From positions 1-64,000 of the IMG/VR virus record IMGVR_UViG_3300029984_000001: a DNA stretch of 64,000 bases, one strand, 5' to 3'. Within the stretch, counting starts at the first letter, position 1. Every line of letters starts with the position of its first letter. Positions 40,699 to 51,499 of this stretch are shown here, in pieces. A model generated the notes under the pieces. It saw only the letters and a list, made by a program, of their open reading frames with translations. It searched no databases and was not told where the DNA came from. A program made the position numbers and the translations under genes.

Positions 40699-41208
40699 AT
40701 GGTATTTATAAAAACATTAAAACATTATATGAGTAAAAAACCAATAGTAGTAGATGAGAAAGTTACAGAAGATTGTATAGAATTTATAGGTCTTGTACTA
40801 CCAAAGATTAAAGAATATTTAAATATAGAATCAGCCCCATTTATCCAATTATGTACATCATTTGACTTACCTACTGTTTATGGGTTATATAAATTCGATA
40901 CAAAAGAATTGTTTATATGTCCTTATGAATTAGCTAAACTTTTTAAACTCAAAAACTATGGTGAATTATTCCTTAATATTACTGCTGCGATAGTGCATGA
41001 ATTAACCCATTATAAACAAGATATAGAAGGTAGATATTCACAAGAGAAATTCTTAAATGAATATACAACTATAACCAATTTAGAAGGTTACATGGACCAA
41101 GATATAGAGAAAGAAGCCTATAGTAATCAATTTGATTTTACTAAAATTAATAGGATGTATATCTATACATTAGCTGGTATAGTTCTTAATAGAAGATTAA
41201 AAAAGTAA
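40699..41208 (+). CDS. Putative zinc metallopeptidase (HExxH)
   Basis: IVHELTHYKQ..QDIEKEAY. Confidence 0.7.
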   Translation: MVFIKTLKHYMSKKPIVVDEKVTEDCIEFIGLVLPKIKEYLNIESAPFIQLCTSFDLPTVYGLYKFDTKELFICPYELAKLFKLKNYGELFLNITAAIVHELTHYKQDIEGRYSQEKFLNEYTTITNLEGYMDQDIEKEAYSNQFDFTKINRMYIYTLAGIVLNRRLKK

Positions 41209-41221
41209 GGAGTGAAAATAA

Positions 41222-41776
41222 ATGAAAAAATATAAATCAAAAAAGGAATTTAAATCTGATTTATTAAATCTTTCTGCTATAGAAATATATAAAAATGTAT
41301 TAGCAGGTAAATATATAAAAAGATTTCCAACAGATTTTTGGAAAAAACCAGAAGCTTTAGATAACGCTAATAAAATTATTATATATTTAATAGAAGAAAA
41401 ATTAAAACTTACAGATGATGAATTGAAAAAAGAATTATCAGCTGAAATGTTTAAAGATACAAGATTATATAGCATGTTGCATGATAAATTTAATAATTCT
41501 CCATATGATGCTATAAATTCAGCTTATCCAAATAAATTTAAACGATGGGAATTTAATAGAGTAGCTAATAACTATTGGGACAAAGAAACTTCTAAAGAAG
41601 CTGTGATATGGTTAATAGAAGAAAAATTAAAACTTAATATTAAGGATATAAAAAATATTAGCAATTTAGCTAATTTATTTATAGACAATGGTTTAATAGG
41701 AATGGTTTCTTCGGTTTTCAATGGATCTACATATGATGCAATTAATAATGCATATCCAAATACATTTAAAAAATAG
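41222..41776 (+). CDS. DUF4046-like repeat protein
   Basis: EIYKNVLAGK..RFP..FW; FNNSPYDAINSAYP repeated as FNGSTYDAINNAYP. Confidence 0.7.
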   Translation: MKKYKSKKEFKSDLLNLSAIEIYKNVLAGKYIKRFPTDFWKKPEALDNANKIIIYLIEEKLKLTDDELKKELSAEMFKDTRLYSMLHDKFNNSPYDAINSAYPNKFKRWEFNRVANNYWDKETSKEAVIWLIEEKLKLNIKDIKNISNLANLFIDNGLIGMVSSVFNGSTYDAINNAYPNTFKK

Positions 41777-41808
41777 AGGGCTTTAATTAGCCTTTTATTT
41801 TTTATCAA

Positions 41809-41820
41809 AACATATCAATA
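41809..41820 (+). promoter_or_regulatory. Late-type promoter AACA-N6-TA
   Basis: AACAtatcaaTA immediately before the AAGGAG RBS of 41838. Confidence 0.6.
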
Positions 41821-41837
41821 AAAGGAGTTGATATGTT

Positions 41838-42662
41838 ATGCGAGACCCGTATGAAATTAAGGAGATTTTATTTGACAATGATCCTAATCCTTCACATGTT
41901 CATAAAATACCATCTGTACCTAAATTTGACGTAGATGATTATGATTTAATGAATGAAAAAGAATTCTCAAAATACATGGGTAACATAGAAAAAATATGCC
42001 GTGGTTCATTTGAGTATAGACAACTAACTAATTATCTAAGAGATAATATGGATATGAATAAATGTGCTTTCATGCAAAATGTTTCCAATGAGAATAATTA
42101 TAAGATCAAAATCCATATTCATCATGAACCTTTTACTTTATATGATATTACTAGAACAATCTATAATAAACGTGTTAGAATGAGACATTCTATAAATGAG
42201 AATTTAGTAGCAGAAGAAGTAATGTATCTACATTATTCTTTATTAGTGGGATTAGTCCCATTATCAGAAACTGTTCATGAATTGGTACATGGTAATTATT
42301 TATTTGTGCCTATGGATAAAGTATTTGGGAATATAGAAAGATTTATAGGAATGTATGAACCTTATTTTGAACCAGAAACCAGACTACTATTAGATAAAAT
42401 AAGAAAATATACTTCTGTATATAATTCAGACTTAGCAAAGAATATAAGATTAATTGAAAGAAATTATTTATATTTAGATATGACAGATGTGTACCAATTA
42501 CCAACTTATGATTCTATTGTAGAAAAAATGAATCAAAGAATTGATACTTTGAGACAACAAGAATCATCTCCTGTTATAGAATTAAAATTAGGAGATAGAG
42601 ATTTATATGATAGAAAAGTATTTATGGTAAGAGATAAACCAAAGAACTTACAAGTAATTTAA
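41838..42662 (+). CDS. Late protein with HNH-like His pattern; paralog of 52460-53170
   Basis: NKCAFM..IHIHH..TLYDI..LVPLSETVHELVH..VFGN. Confidence 0.6.
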   Translation: MRDPYEIKEILFDNDPNPSHVHKIPSVPKFDVDDYDLMNEKEFSKYMGNIEKICRGSFEYRQLTNYLRDNMDMNKCAFMQNVSNENNYKIKIHIHHEPFTLYDITRTIYNKRVRMRHSINENLVAEEVMYLHYSLLVGLVPLSETVHELVHGNYLFVPMDKVFGNIERFIGMYEPYFEPETRLLLDKIRKYTSVYNSDLAKNIRLIERNYLYLDMTDVYQLPTYDSIVEKMNQRIDTLRQQESSPVIELKLGDRDLYDRKVFMVRDKPKNLQVI

Positions 42663-42681
42663 AATATAAGGAGGACTAAGA

Positions 42682-43191
42682 ATGTTAAATGATAAGACTT
42701 TAAGTATTATGCAAGAATGTGCTAGTATTGATACAAATAACTATAAACATATGTCAGAACAAAGTATTGATTCTGATATAGAACAATTCTTTTCTGAATG
42801 TACAGAAATGCCAGAGGAATTTATATATAGAGTAGAGGATATTCCTGTACAAGAGAGAGTAACTTCAATTGGTACAGAAAATTATGTAGATTATAATGAT
42901 ATATATAATCTATCAGAATATTGTGATTGTACTATTAAAGAAGCTCTAGATAAAGTTTGTCAACTTGAGGAAAATGTATCAGTAGGAATGAATTTGTCTA
43001 ATACTTATCTGGTATTTGATGAAAAAGCTTCTATACTTAAATCTTTAAAGAAAAAAGGTAAAGAAGAAAAAGAGAAGATAAAGAAAACTATTGATGATAT
43101 AAAAGAAAAAGGTATTAAAGTAACAACAAAGAATTCTACATCAAAAACTAAGTGTAAGAAATGTGGTAAGAAGAAATGTGAATGTAAATAA
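42682..43191 (+). CDS. Probable virion head/inner protein with basic Cys-rich C-terminus
   Basis: Acidic N-terminus, C-terminal KCKKCGKKKCECK; co-transcribed with 41838. Confidence 0.45.
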   Translation: MLNDKTLSIMQECASIDTNNYKHMSEQSIDSDIEQFFSECTEMPEEFIYRVEDIPVQERVTSIGTENYVDYNDIYNLSEYCDCTIKEALDKVCQLEENVSVGMNLSNTYLVFDEKASILKSLKKKGKEEKEKIKKTIDDIKEKGIKVTTKNSTSKTKCKKCGKKKCECK

Positions 43192-43313
43192 ATACAACAA
43201 ATATAACTATAAATTGATAAAAAACATCTTAATTTAATACACACTCAATTTGAGATAGCTTAGGCTATCTCTATTTTTTAATGAGAAAGGGATAGGTATA
43301 TAATTATATTTAT

Positions 43314-43326
43314 AGTTATATATTAT
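43314..43326 (+). promoter_or_regulatory. Early-type promoter motif
   Basis: AGTTATATATTAT. Confidence 0.6.
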
Positions 43327-43354
43327 ATAGATGTACAAAGGGGGAATGTATTAT

Positions 43355-44071
43355 ATGAAGGATTTAATTGTAGATGAAATTTTTAATCCTTATACTTTAA
43401 ATGTGTTTACAGATGCTTCTGTAAAAATGGTAGGAAACTATTTTATAGCATGCCCAGGTGCAGTCGCAGTCACCACGTTCAATGGTTTGCCTTATATTTG
43501 TAATCAACAAGCATATTTATCTTATGATTCTACTAATAACTCTGGAGAAATACAAGCAGTAAGATTAGGAATTTTTCTTGCTAATATGTATAAATATAGA
43601 TTTAGAGTTATAAATCTATTTGCCGATTCTAATATATGTATATCAGGATTAAATGTATGGTTAGATTCATGGATAAAGAATGCTAAAAATGGATCATTTG
43701 TAAATAGTTCTAGAAAACCTGTAGAAAATCAAGATACATTTAAAAACATAATCGATGACATAATTACCAATCAACTCTACATAAATTTCTATCATCAAAA
43801 AGGACATGTTGATGTAAAGAATAAAGATTCAGTAGACAACGCTATTAATGTATTTAGAACAATAAACAATATAAACCCTTCTACTAATTTAATAGAAAAT
43901 CTATCTAAGTATAACAATGAAGTAGATATAATGACAAAAGTTTATTTAGATAATGTAGAGAAAAGTTTAATAGGTATGAAAACTGAAAAAATGGTTTATA
44001 GAGACTTCTATAATAATAAACAAGGTTTAGAACAATTTAGAAATATAACAAATCAATTTAAGAAAGGATGA
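43355..44071 (+). CDS. rnhA: Ribonuclease HI
   Basis: VFTDAS, NNSGEIQA, ADS, W..W.KN..KPVENQD, HQKGH, NNEVD; RBS favours ATG 43355. Confidence 0.88.
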   Translation: MKDLIVDEIFNPYTLNVFTDASVKMVGNYFIACPGAVAVTTFNGLPYICNQQAYLSYDSTNNSGEIQAVRLGIFLANMYKYRFRVINLFADSNICISGLNVWLDSWIKNAKNGSFVNSSRKPVENQDTFKNIIDDIITNQLYINFYHQKGHVDVKNKDSVDNAINVFRTINNINPSTNLIENLSKYNNEVDIMTKVYLDNVEKSLIGMKTEKMVYRDFYNNKQGLEQFRNITNQFKKG

Positions 44072-44078
44072 ATAAACA

Positions 44079-44522
44079 ATGTATAATGATAATAATTATC
44101 TACCATCACAATATGACATTGGAATACAACAACCAAATCTAATAAGATTACCATGGCAAGAGGAACAAAACTTACAAGGATTATCTCCAAAATATAATAA
44201 TCATCTAGATGATAATGATTATGTTCCTAGTAAACAAAGATCTGTTAATGTTACAAATTATTCTAATACATATCTAAAGAGATTAAACTTTAGAAAAGAA
44301 CTTACAGATTTTATATCAGCTTTAAATAATTTACCTTCGATTCAATCTAATAATATAATAGAAATAACTGATAAGGTTTTAACTAATATTTACTTTGAAG
44401 AGCAGTTAGACAAATCTAATTCAGATATTTTATCAGAATCAATAAAAATAGAATTGAATAGGTTGAATATAATTGTAGATATTAATTCTATAAAAAACTT
44501 AGTTACTAAATATTTTCAATAA
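44079..44522 (+). CDS. Hypothetical protein
   Basis: AAAGGA RBS. Confidence 0.65.
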   Translation: MYNDNNYLPSQYDIGIQQPNLIRLPWQEEQNLQGLSPKYNNHLDDNDYVPSKQRSVNVTNYSNTYLKRLNFRKELTDFISALNNLPSIQSNNIIEITDKVLTNIYFEEQLDKSNSDILSESIKIELNRLNIIVDINSIKNLVTKYFQ

Positions 44523-44549
44523 AAATTTTATAATAGAGGAGAATGAAAA

Positions 44550-45272
44550 ATGGAAAAAATGATAACATCAGAATTAAAAACATTTATGAGAAGAGACGAC
44601 ATGTTCCCAGGAGCACCAAATGTGAGGACTATATATCAAACTATGAATGATAATTTATGTAGGCAACAGTTCATAGCTGATAGAGTAAACTCACGTAATA
44701 TCGCTGATTTATTTAGAAATAGAACAGAATATTTATTAACAACAACCACAAGACAATTATGTAATTATATCAATTCTGATATTACTAATATTGATAAAAG
44801 AGAAGTTTTAGGTGAAATGTTATTTAATTCACTCTTAAGATCAAATTCAGATGATAGTTCATGTCGCTATAATTGCGAGAAATTATTCCGTATAACCTCA
44901 ATACATATATATAATACATTCTTTGGTGATTTTATAATAGATGGAAAGTTAAAAGATATTAATATAATTTATCAAAATTTCTTTTTAGAAGGAATGACAA
45001 AAGCTGAAACTTTATTTAATATTTACATGCTAGGTGAAGTTAACAACGACCCAATAGATTCTAATCGAATGATACATGTGGTAGGAAGAATAGCTGATGT
45101 GTACACATATACTTTAATGAAACTATTTGTAGAATTAATATGTTTTTATCTTGGACATGTTAAACCAGAGATAGAAATAACTGGTGAATATTTCTTAAGA
45201 ATGATGAAAATATATAATGAAAAATGTGCAACTGTAGAAAAACTTTATGATGAATACGAATTTAAATTATAG
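44550..45272 (+). CDS. Hypothetical protein
   Basis: GAGGAG RBS. Confidence 0.7.
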   Translation: MEKMITSELKTFMRRDDMFPGAPNVRTIYQTMNDNLCRQQFIADRVNSRNIADLFRNRTEYLLTTTTRQLCNYINSDITNIDKREVLGEMLFNSLLRSNSDDSSCRYNCEKLFRITSIHIYNTFFGDFIIDGKLKDINIIYQNFFLEGMTKAETLFNIYMLGEVNNDPIDSNRMIHVVGRIADVYTYTLMKLFVELICFYLGHVKPEIEITGEYFLRMMKIYNEKCATVEKLYDEYEFKL

Positions 45273-45283
45273 TTATATATTAT
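45271..45283 (+). promoter_or_regulatory. Early-type promoter motif
   Basis: AGTTATATATTAT. Confidence 0.55.
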
Positions 45284-45316
45284 AGAACTGATAGATCTTA
45301 GAAGGGAGATAACATT

Positions 45317-46108
45317 ATGCAGTTTTTTAATAACAATAACTATATCCCTCCCAATCCAATTGGTGGTCCATCTTCCGAACCTGCTGGATATAATCATTTA
45401 GGTGAACCAATATCTTCTGCTGGATATAATAATATGGGAGGATATTATACTAACAATTATAATTATTACAATCCATATCTAGAAGAAGAAAAGAAAAAAC
45501 AAGAACAAATACATATGAAAGAACAAATGAGACAACAAGGTGACGTTATGAAAGCTATCAGTATGTCTGCTAGTAAATGTAGTAATGAGACAGTAAACGA
45601 ATCTTTAATGGGAGAATTATATGATCCAGTGTTTGAAGAAGATGTATCTAAAGAAGTAAAAAATCAGATGATGTTATTAAATACATTCTATAACATACCA
45701 GAAAATCAAACATCATCTGCTATATTTGAGGCACAGTCTAAAGTGTATGATTATAGACAAACATTAGTTCCTAAAGATTGTACTTTCAACGAATTCATGG
45801 ATAAGTCTGCCAATCTGGTAGATGATATAATAAGAGATGAAGAGAAACAAAGAAACACAGAGAACTTGGCTAGATTATATAATAAAGATAGTTATAAAAG
45901 TTTAGTAGGAGTACACAAAGGTGATTCATCTGATTATTTCAACAGTATGTATGACAACAATGGACCTATGAATGTATCTATAGATGATTTAGAATCTAAT
46001 CTTCCTCACTATGAAGAAAAATCTGAAAATGTTGCTGCAAGAAAGGATTTTATGAATAGAATCTTGATCGAAATAGAAAAAAGAAATGCAGGAGGATATG
46101 GGGTGTGA
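45317..46108 (+). CDS. Hypothetical protein with N/Y/P/G-rich N-terminus
   Basis: AAGGGAG RBS; GTGA overlap with the next gene. Confidence 0.7.
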   Translation: MQFFNNNNYIPPNPIGGPSSEPAGYNHLGEPISSAGYNNMGGYYTNNYNYYNPYLEEEKKKQEQIHMKEQMRQQGDVMKAISMSASKCSNETVNESLMGELYDPVFEEDVSKEVKNQMMLLNTFYNIPENQTSSAIFEAQSKVYDYRQTLVPKDCTFNEFMDKSANLVDDIIRDEEKQRNTENLARLYNKDSYKSLVGVHKGDSSDYFNSMYDNNGPMNVSIDDLESNLPHYEEKSENVAARKDFMNRILIEIEKRNAGGYGV

Positions 46109-47355
46109 GTAAAGTTAATGTGCTAGATATTCTTTATAATGAAGAACGAAGCCCATTAGAATTCCATTTTGATGCTTTAATGGGTCCAAATGTTTCTAAT
46201 TTCTTTATAGAATCTGAAATATATGAATTATATAATATCGCAAAATCAAATAAGTTAGCAGGAAATGTTAAGGAAAAGAAAAGGTTAATTAATGAAATAG
46301 TATACTCTAAGGGATTTAGAAGATGGTTTTCTGGGACAAATAGGGTCATATATAGATATTTAGAAGACAATTCATTTTGTCTTAAGATAGCATTTGATTC
46401 TGTAGGATTATCTGATTCTTTAAGAGAATATGAAAATCAATTCTATCTAAAACCATTCTGTACAAAAATATTCGATGTACATTCATGTGGTGTAGTATCC
46501 ACTACAGAGGTAGTACAACCAATTAGATTATTTGAAGAATTTGCACAAGTAGCAGAAGATGTTTTTGATTTAATAGTAAATAGAATAATAGGTAAATATG
46601 TTCTAGATGATATTGGTTGTATAGAATTCTTTCAAAATTATGGTGTAAGGAAAGGTTTTGGTCCTGTACTATTAGACTTTCCTTACATGTATAAATTAGA
46701 TGGTAATAAGTTATATTGCACATTAAAGGACAAAGCATCTGGGGTTAATTGTTCTGGTCTTATAGATTATGATAAGACTTTTGATAATATAATATGTACT
46801 AAATGTGGAAAAAGATACTTCGCAAAAGATTTACAATCAAGTATTGATAATAATATAATATATGTAAAAGGAGTGAATGACGTTATGTCAAAAGTATATT
46901 TATATCAAGGAGAAAATTTAGAATCAATTATAGGTGGTAATGAAAGTGATTTTATAGATAGATCATCTAATAGAATAACTCCATCTACTAAGGATCAACA
47001 AATCTATGATGATTTTGTTCCTAATGGAAGAAGAAATAGAATTAAAGAGCAATCTAAATCTGAAACTAATATTCCTAATATCATAGAACAAAAAGTAAGA
47101 GTTAGATCTACTACAGAAATACATAAAGATAAATTAGAAATTCCTTCTAATCTTGGAGAGATAATAAATCAAAATATATTAGACGAAGAAGATGATGAAG
47201 AAAATATACTTAATAAATTTAATTTAAAAGATTCGGATTTTGAAGAAAATAGTCAAATCAATACAGAATACAATCAAGAAGATGATGTAGAATATGTAGA
47301 GAAGATCAGAAAGATGAAACAAAAAGTAGATCAAGATAACGATCATTTATATTAA
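46105..47355 (+). CDS. Protein kinase-like fold protein with Cys cluster and acidic tail
   Basis: SGTNRVIY (Gly loop), CLKIA, LREYEN, DDIG..NYG, VLLDFP; C..C..CTKC downstream. Confidence 0.65.
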   Translation: MSKVNVLDILYNEERSPLEFHFDALMGPNVSNFFIESEIYELYNIAKSNKLAGNVKEKKRLINEIVYSKGFRRWFSGTNRVIYRYLEDNSFCLKIAFDSVGLSDSLREYENQFYLKPFCTKIFDVHSCGVVSTTEVVQPIRLFEEFAQVAEDVFDLIVNRIIGKYVLDDIGCIEFFQNYGVRKGFGPVLLDFPYMYKLDGNKLYCTLKDKASGVNCSGLIDYDKTFDNIICTKCGKRYFAKDLQSSIDNNIIYVKGVNDVMSKVYLYQGENLESIIGGNESDFIDRSSNRITPSTKDQQIYDDFVPNGRRNRIKEQSKSETNIPNIIEQKVRVRSTTEIHKDKLEIPSNLGEIINQNILDEEDDEENILNKFNLKDSDFEENSQINTEYNQEDDVEYVEKIRKMKQKVDQDNDHLY

Positions 47356-47368
47356 GAAAGGAGAATAT

Positions 47369-47710
47369 ATGAGTACTAATTTAATATTATGTAAAGGGAA
47401 TAAAAAAATAGATAATAAATATTGTGATGAATTTGTATCAAGACAATCAAATATATGGTTTAGTGATATTATAGCTTACTTTTTAGACAAAGTACAAGAT
47501 TCTTGTATTTCATTAGAATTATATGATGATGAAAAAGATAAAGAGATAATCAATTATCAAATATTAAATAAAGAAAAGTATGAACAATTAAAACAAATGA
47601 TAGCTTCATATGATCTAAAATCATTATCTAAAGAATATAGACAAAGTTTATTCGATTTTGTAAATATATTAAATGATCCATTTCATGATTTCATATTATT
47701 GGATTATTAA
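47369..47710 (+). CDS. Hypothetical protein
   Basis: AAGGAG RBS. Confidence 0.65.
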   Translation: MSTNLILCKGNKKIDNKYCDEFVSRQSNIWFSDIIAYFLDKVQDSCISLELYDDEKDKEIINYQILNKEKYEQLKQMIASYDLKSLSKEYRQSLFDFVNILNDPFHDFILLDY

Positions 47711-47728
47711 GAAAGGGGAATATATTAT

Positions 47729-48412
47729 ATGATTACTGGTGATATATATTTAACGACTGATCCTAATATTGTTGTACATCAATGCATAGCACCTAATACA
47801 ATTGTTATGTTTTTACAAGATGGTCAAGATATAGATCAGAATCTATTTAGAACAATCAGAGCACAACAAGGGAATATTGCCAGTTCCCTACTTCCAGATT
47901 ATCAATCATTTATGTCTCAAATAGAAGAAGGTAACGAAGCTTTTGAAACTAATTATTTTAGGTATCTTCAAAGTCAAGAACCATTGACTACTTTTATGCT
48001 TATAATAGCATCTCTATGTAAAGGAAACAATATCATATTGTATACCTCAAAAGATCATGCAGATACTTTTGTACCACAATTGATGAAGTTTGCAGGGATC
48101 ACGTTTGGATTGATTATAGGAATTATAGGAACTAATATGGATAGACCTTGTAGTTTTGATTTGAATTATACTAAGAATATAATAGAATTATTATATCTAT
48201 TTAATTTCTATACAATAGAAGATTTATTTATGGATTTCCCTAAATCAGAATGGTTTTCTGATAATGTTATAATTAAATTAAGTATGGATATGAAACCATA
48301 TTTAAAGAATCCTAATCCAACATTAGAAGATTATGCACTATACTTCTATAATTATAAAGAACAAGTGAAAACTATAGGTAAATTTTTAAAACCTATGGTT
48401 CACAGAGGTTAG
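47729..48412 (+). CDS. Hypothetical protein
   Basis: AAGGGGA RBS. Confidence 0.7.
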   Translation: MITGDIYLTTDPNIVVHQCIAPNTIVMFLQDGQDIDQNLFRTIRAQQGNIASSLLPDYQSFMSQIEEGNEAFETNYFRYLQSQEPLTTFMLIIASLCKGNNIILYTSKDHADTFVPQLMKFAGITFGLIIGIIGTNMDRPCSFDLNYTKNIIELLYLFNFYTIEDLFMDFPKSEWFSDNVIIKLSMDMKPYLKNPNPTLEDYALYFYNYKEQVKTIGKFLKPMVHRG

Positions 48413-48417
48413 TTAAT

Positions 48418-48927
48418 ATGGTTACATTTATGACATCAGATACATTGAGTAAATTGTATATAACAAAAGATACATATTTTCTAAATTTAAGTTCTTTTAA
48501 AATGGGATTCCAAAGAGTAAACTTAGCACCTCCATATGAGTGTACATCATTAGAACCAAAGTTATTTGATATGATGTATGCCAAATTTATTCTAGAGAAT
48601 AATATAGTGTTTATGGAATTGATGAATATAATAGTTCCAGTATTTGAAGGTAAAAGTATAGTCATATTAATTACTATGGGAGATGGTTGGGATGTAATTA
48701 CAGAATCATTACAAAAATTTTTACAACAAAGATATAATATTATCTCCACTATTTGTTATAATCCTGAAGACTATGAATATGGTCAAGAAGTTATAATGAA
48801 TAAAAGTTCATTATATAATTTTGAACAAGATAGAAAGAGATTCTTAAATCTATTTGTAATGGAAAATGGTGAGGATATTGTCAAAAAATCAATAATCACA
48901 AATGATAATATTTCAAAATATTTCTAA
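48418..48927 (+). CDS. Hypothetical protein
   Basis: GAGG RBS. Confidence 0.65.
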   Translation: MVTFMTSDTLSKLYITKDTYFLNLSSFKMGFQRVNLAPPYECTSLEPKLFDMMYAKFILENNIVFMELMNIIVPVFEGKSIVILITMGDGWDVITESLQKFLQQRYNIISTICYNPEDYEYGQEVIMNKSSLYNFEQDRKRFLNLFVMENGEDIVKKSIITNDNISKYF

Positions 48928-49024
48928 CATATTACTGATGTTATCATTACCCCTAATTATAAAATTATAGAGTAGGGTTTCCTACTCTATTTTTTAACAA
49001 AAAATATTAAGGAAGTGTTAATTT

Positions 49025-49828
49025 ATGAGCAGTAAATTATACAAACATATAAGATACAAAGCTGAAATACCATTTATAATTTCTCAATTAATAAGAGAGT
49101 ATGATATATCTAAAGCTAATATTAATATATTATTTAAATATGGAATTTTATCAGAGAGTCAATATCAATACTTTTTAAAATGTCCTAGAATGGAAAGACA
49201 AATTACTATAGGTAAAATGGAAAAGAACAATCCTAAGATAATAAAAATAAAACAACAAGGTATTGAGGAATCTAGAAAGTTATTTTTTGAAGCTAATGAT
49301 ATATCAGATACAGATGTATTGTCAATAAGAAATGATGCTATATTCTTGATAAATAAAACAGCCAAAATTACTAAGTTTGAGAATATAGAATTTCTCAATA
49401 ATAACACTTTTTCTTCATTTTATAGTCTAGATCATAAAGATTTAGAAGCATATTATATGTACGATTCATTCTCTCAAAAAGAGAAGATAACAATAAAAGG
49501 AATGAAACCTGAAGAGTTAGTTAAACATGAGAATTTCTTCTTAGATTTTTTATTAGCTGTATTTCAGTCTGCTGAATTGGAAGGTGTAGAAGAGACCATT
49601 AAATTAATAGCATCATTTAATCAACTATACGTAGGATTAGAGTTAGATGTTGAATATTATCGTAATTTCGATAATATGTCTAGATATATTATAAATACCA
49701 AGAATCATTCAAACTATTTACCATATATAGAAAGGGATGATTTAAAACATATAAATACTATATGTAATCTAAATATAATAAGAGAATTGTGGGGATACAT
49801 AGGATCAATAAAATTTAGATATAAATAA
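49025..49828 (+). CDS. Hypothetical protein with possible minimal DNA polymerase palm motifs
   Basis: IREYDISKANINIL and LSIRNDAIFLI. Confidence 0.4.
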   Translation: MSSKLYKHIRYKAEIPFIISQLIREYDISKANINILFKYGILSESQYQYFLKCPRMERQITIGKMEKNNPKIIKIKQQGIEESRKLFFEANDISDTDVLSIRNDAIFLINKTAKITKFENIEFLNNNTFSSFYSLDHKDLEAYYMYDSFSQKEKITIKGMKPEELVKHENFFLDFLLAVFQSAELEGVEETIKLIASFNQLYVGLELDVEYYRNFDNMSRYIINTKNHSNYLPYIERDDLKHINTICNLNIIRELWGYIGSIKFRYK

Positions 49829-49857
49829 AGGATATGGGGTTGACCCATATCCATATT

Positions 49858-50337
49858 TTATCTATCTTCGTCTGCTTCAAAACTAAAATTAAACTCTTTA
49901 GCTTCATCATCTGATTTATATTTTTGTCCATTTATTTCTCTAGCCCATTCTAATACTTTTAAATAACATCTTTCAGCCAATACATCCGTCATACAATTCT
50001 TATTATATACTGTTGACAATCTATTGATTAAAGATGGTGAAATTCTTTCTGATACTGTATTAGATACTAGATTAAGTATTTCTATTTGATTATCTCTGGA
50101 TACAGATTGTAATTTAGCATAATCTATATTTTTAGATATTACATTTATCATACAGTCCTCTACAAATATATCCAACATTGGGATTACATCCATATTATTT
50201 ACAAATTGTCTATCTAATGCGACAACTTCAGCATTAGTCATAATGACATCACATTTATTTTTTACCTGTATACGTCTAGCTAGTAGACTTAATATAATAA
50301 CCGTAACTATAATTATATATCCGTAATAAAATTCCAT
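49858..50337 (-). CDS. Membrane-anchored protein
   Basis: AAGGAG RBS before ATG 50337; N-terminal TM YYGYIIIVTVIILSLLA. Confidence 0.65.
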   Translation of the reverse strand: MEFYYGYIIIVTVIILSLLARRIQVKNKCDVIMTNAEVVALDRQFVNNMDVIPMLDIFVEDCMINVISKNIDYAKLQSVSRDNQIEILNLVSNTVSERISPSLINRLSTVYNKNCMTDVLAERCYLKVLEWAREINGQKYKSDDEAKEFNFSFEADEDR

Positions 50338-50417
50338 AATCAACACTCCTTAATATTTTTTATTATTTAAAAGTTTAAGATATAAAAAATAAGAGTGGAA
50401 TAACCACTCTTATAATT

Positions 50418-51437
50418 TTAATGATCGGAATTATAAACTCCATTTAAACACATTTCAACCCTAGATTCACATCTCTTAGTTAACCCTGAACTTACTACAC
50501 CATTAGCCTTATTCCAACTCATCAATTTAGTTGTTATTAAATCTGAATCACCTGATATAATAGCTTTCCAAGTATTACCTCCTATTACAGCTCCAGTACC
50601 AGCATTATATCCAATATCACATAAACAATCAAATGCTTGTTGTGAGATAGAATTATAATTATCACCTAAAGCAGATTTAATAGTATTTGCTACTAAATTT
50701 ATTTCTTGTTTTAACCAACCTAAGGCTTGGTCTTGTGTACATGTAGAACTCAATCCGTTAGGGAAAGCTTCAGGGATTGCACAATAACATGTACCATAAC
50801 CAATAGTCCAATATCTTTGATCTCCTGGATAATATGGATCTTCATATGCATTCTCTGATTCTGAACTCCATTCTCCCGATTCCCAACCAGCTACATAAGA
50901 AACTAATGAATCGGATACTAACGAATCGCTTGATCTTGAATAATCCAATTGCCACACACCATTCTTATCAAAAGAATAATTTTGACCATTAATTTCTAAT
51001 ATAGTGTTACATACACATGAACCTTTAGAATAAGTCATTCCATTATAATATGTATCTTTCTCTAAAAGATAATACCATTTTTGTTTATCTCCAAGTTTCA
51101 CCCAATTAGTAGCCATAGCTCCTTCTTGATATTTAATTCCATAATTGCCAGTTTCTTGAGGATATAAATAATACCAACTTCCTTTATATTCAATCCATCC
51201 TGTAGACATTTCACCAACATAATGAGTATCTCCATCTTTTTCAGTTTTTTCCGAATAAGAAAAAAACCAATGGTCTTGATTAGTTGCTGTTTGGAAAAAT
51301 CCAGTATCCAATGAACCATCTTTATCATTTAAATGATACCATTTTTCATTATCTTTTTTCCATCCTAGAATATTTACATTATCTTCCGAAGCAAACCATT
51401 TTTTACTATTATCATCCTGTATCCAATTTAATGACAT
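50418..51437 (-). CDS. Endolysin: N-terminal WYY-type cell-wall-binding repeats plus C-terminal GH24 lysozyme
   Basis: GWKKDNEKWYHL, GWIEYKGSWYYL, KWYYL repeats; WES..ED..WTIGYGT, FDCLCDIGYNAG, WNKANG..GLTKR. Confidence 0.88.
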   Translation of the reverse strand: MSLNWIQDDNSKKWFASEDNVNILGWKKDNEKWYHLNDKDGSLDTGFFQTATNQDHWFFSYSEKTEKDGDTHYVGEMSTGWIEYKGSWYYLYPQETGNYGIKYQEGAMATNWVKLGDKQKWYYLLEKDTYYNGMTYSKGSCVCNTILEINGQNYSFDKNGVWQLDYSRSSDSLVSDSLVSYVAGWESGEWSSESENAYEDPYYPGDQRYWTIGYGTCYCAIPEAFPNGLSSTCTQDQALGWLKQEINLVANTIKSALGDNYNSISQQAFDCLCDIGYNAGTGAVIGGNTWKAIISGDSDLITTKLMSWNKANGVVSSGLTKRCESRVEMCLNGVYNSDH

Positions 51438-51464
51438 AAAAACACATCCTTTCTTTATTTTAAT

Positions 51465-51476
51465 TACTTATATGTT
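51465..51476 (-). promoter_or_regulatory. Late-type promoter AACA-N6-TA for endolysin
   Basis: Minus strand AACAtataagTA 28 nt upstream of ATG 51437. Confidence 0.6.
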
Positions 51477-51499
51477 TTTTAGTAAAAGTTCAATATTAT

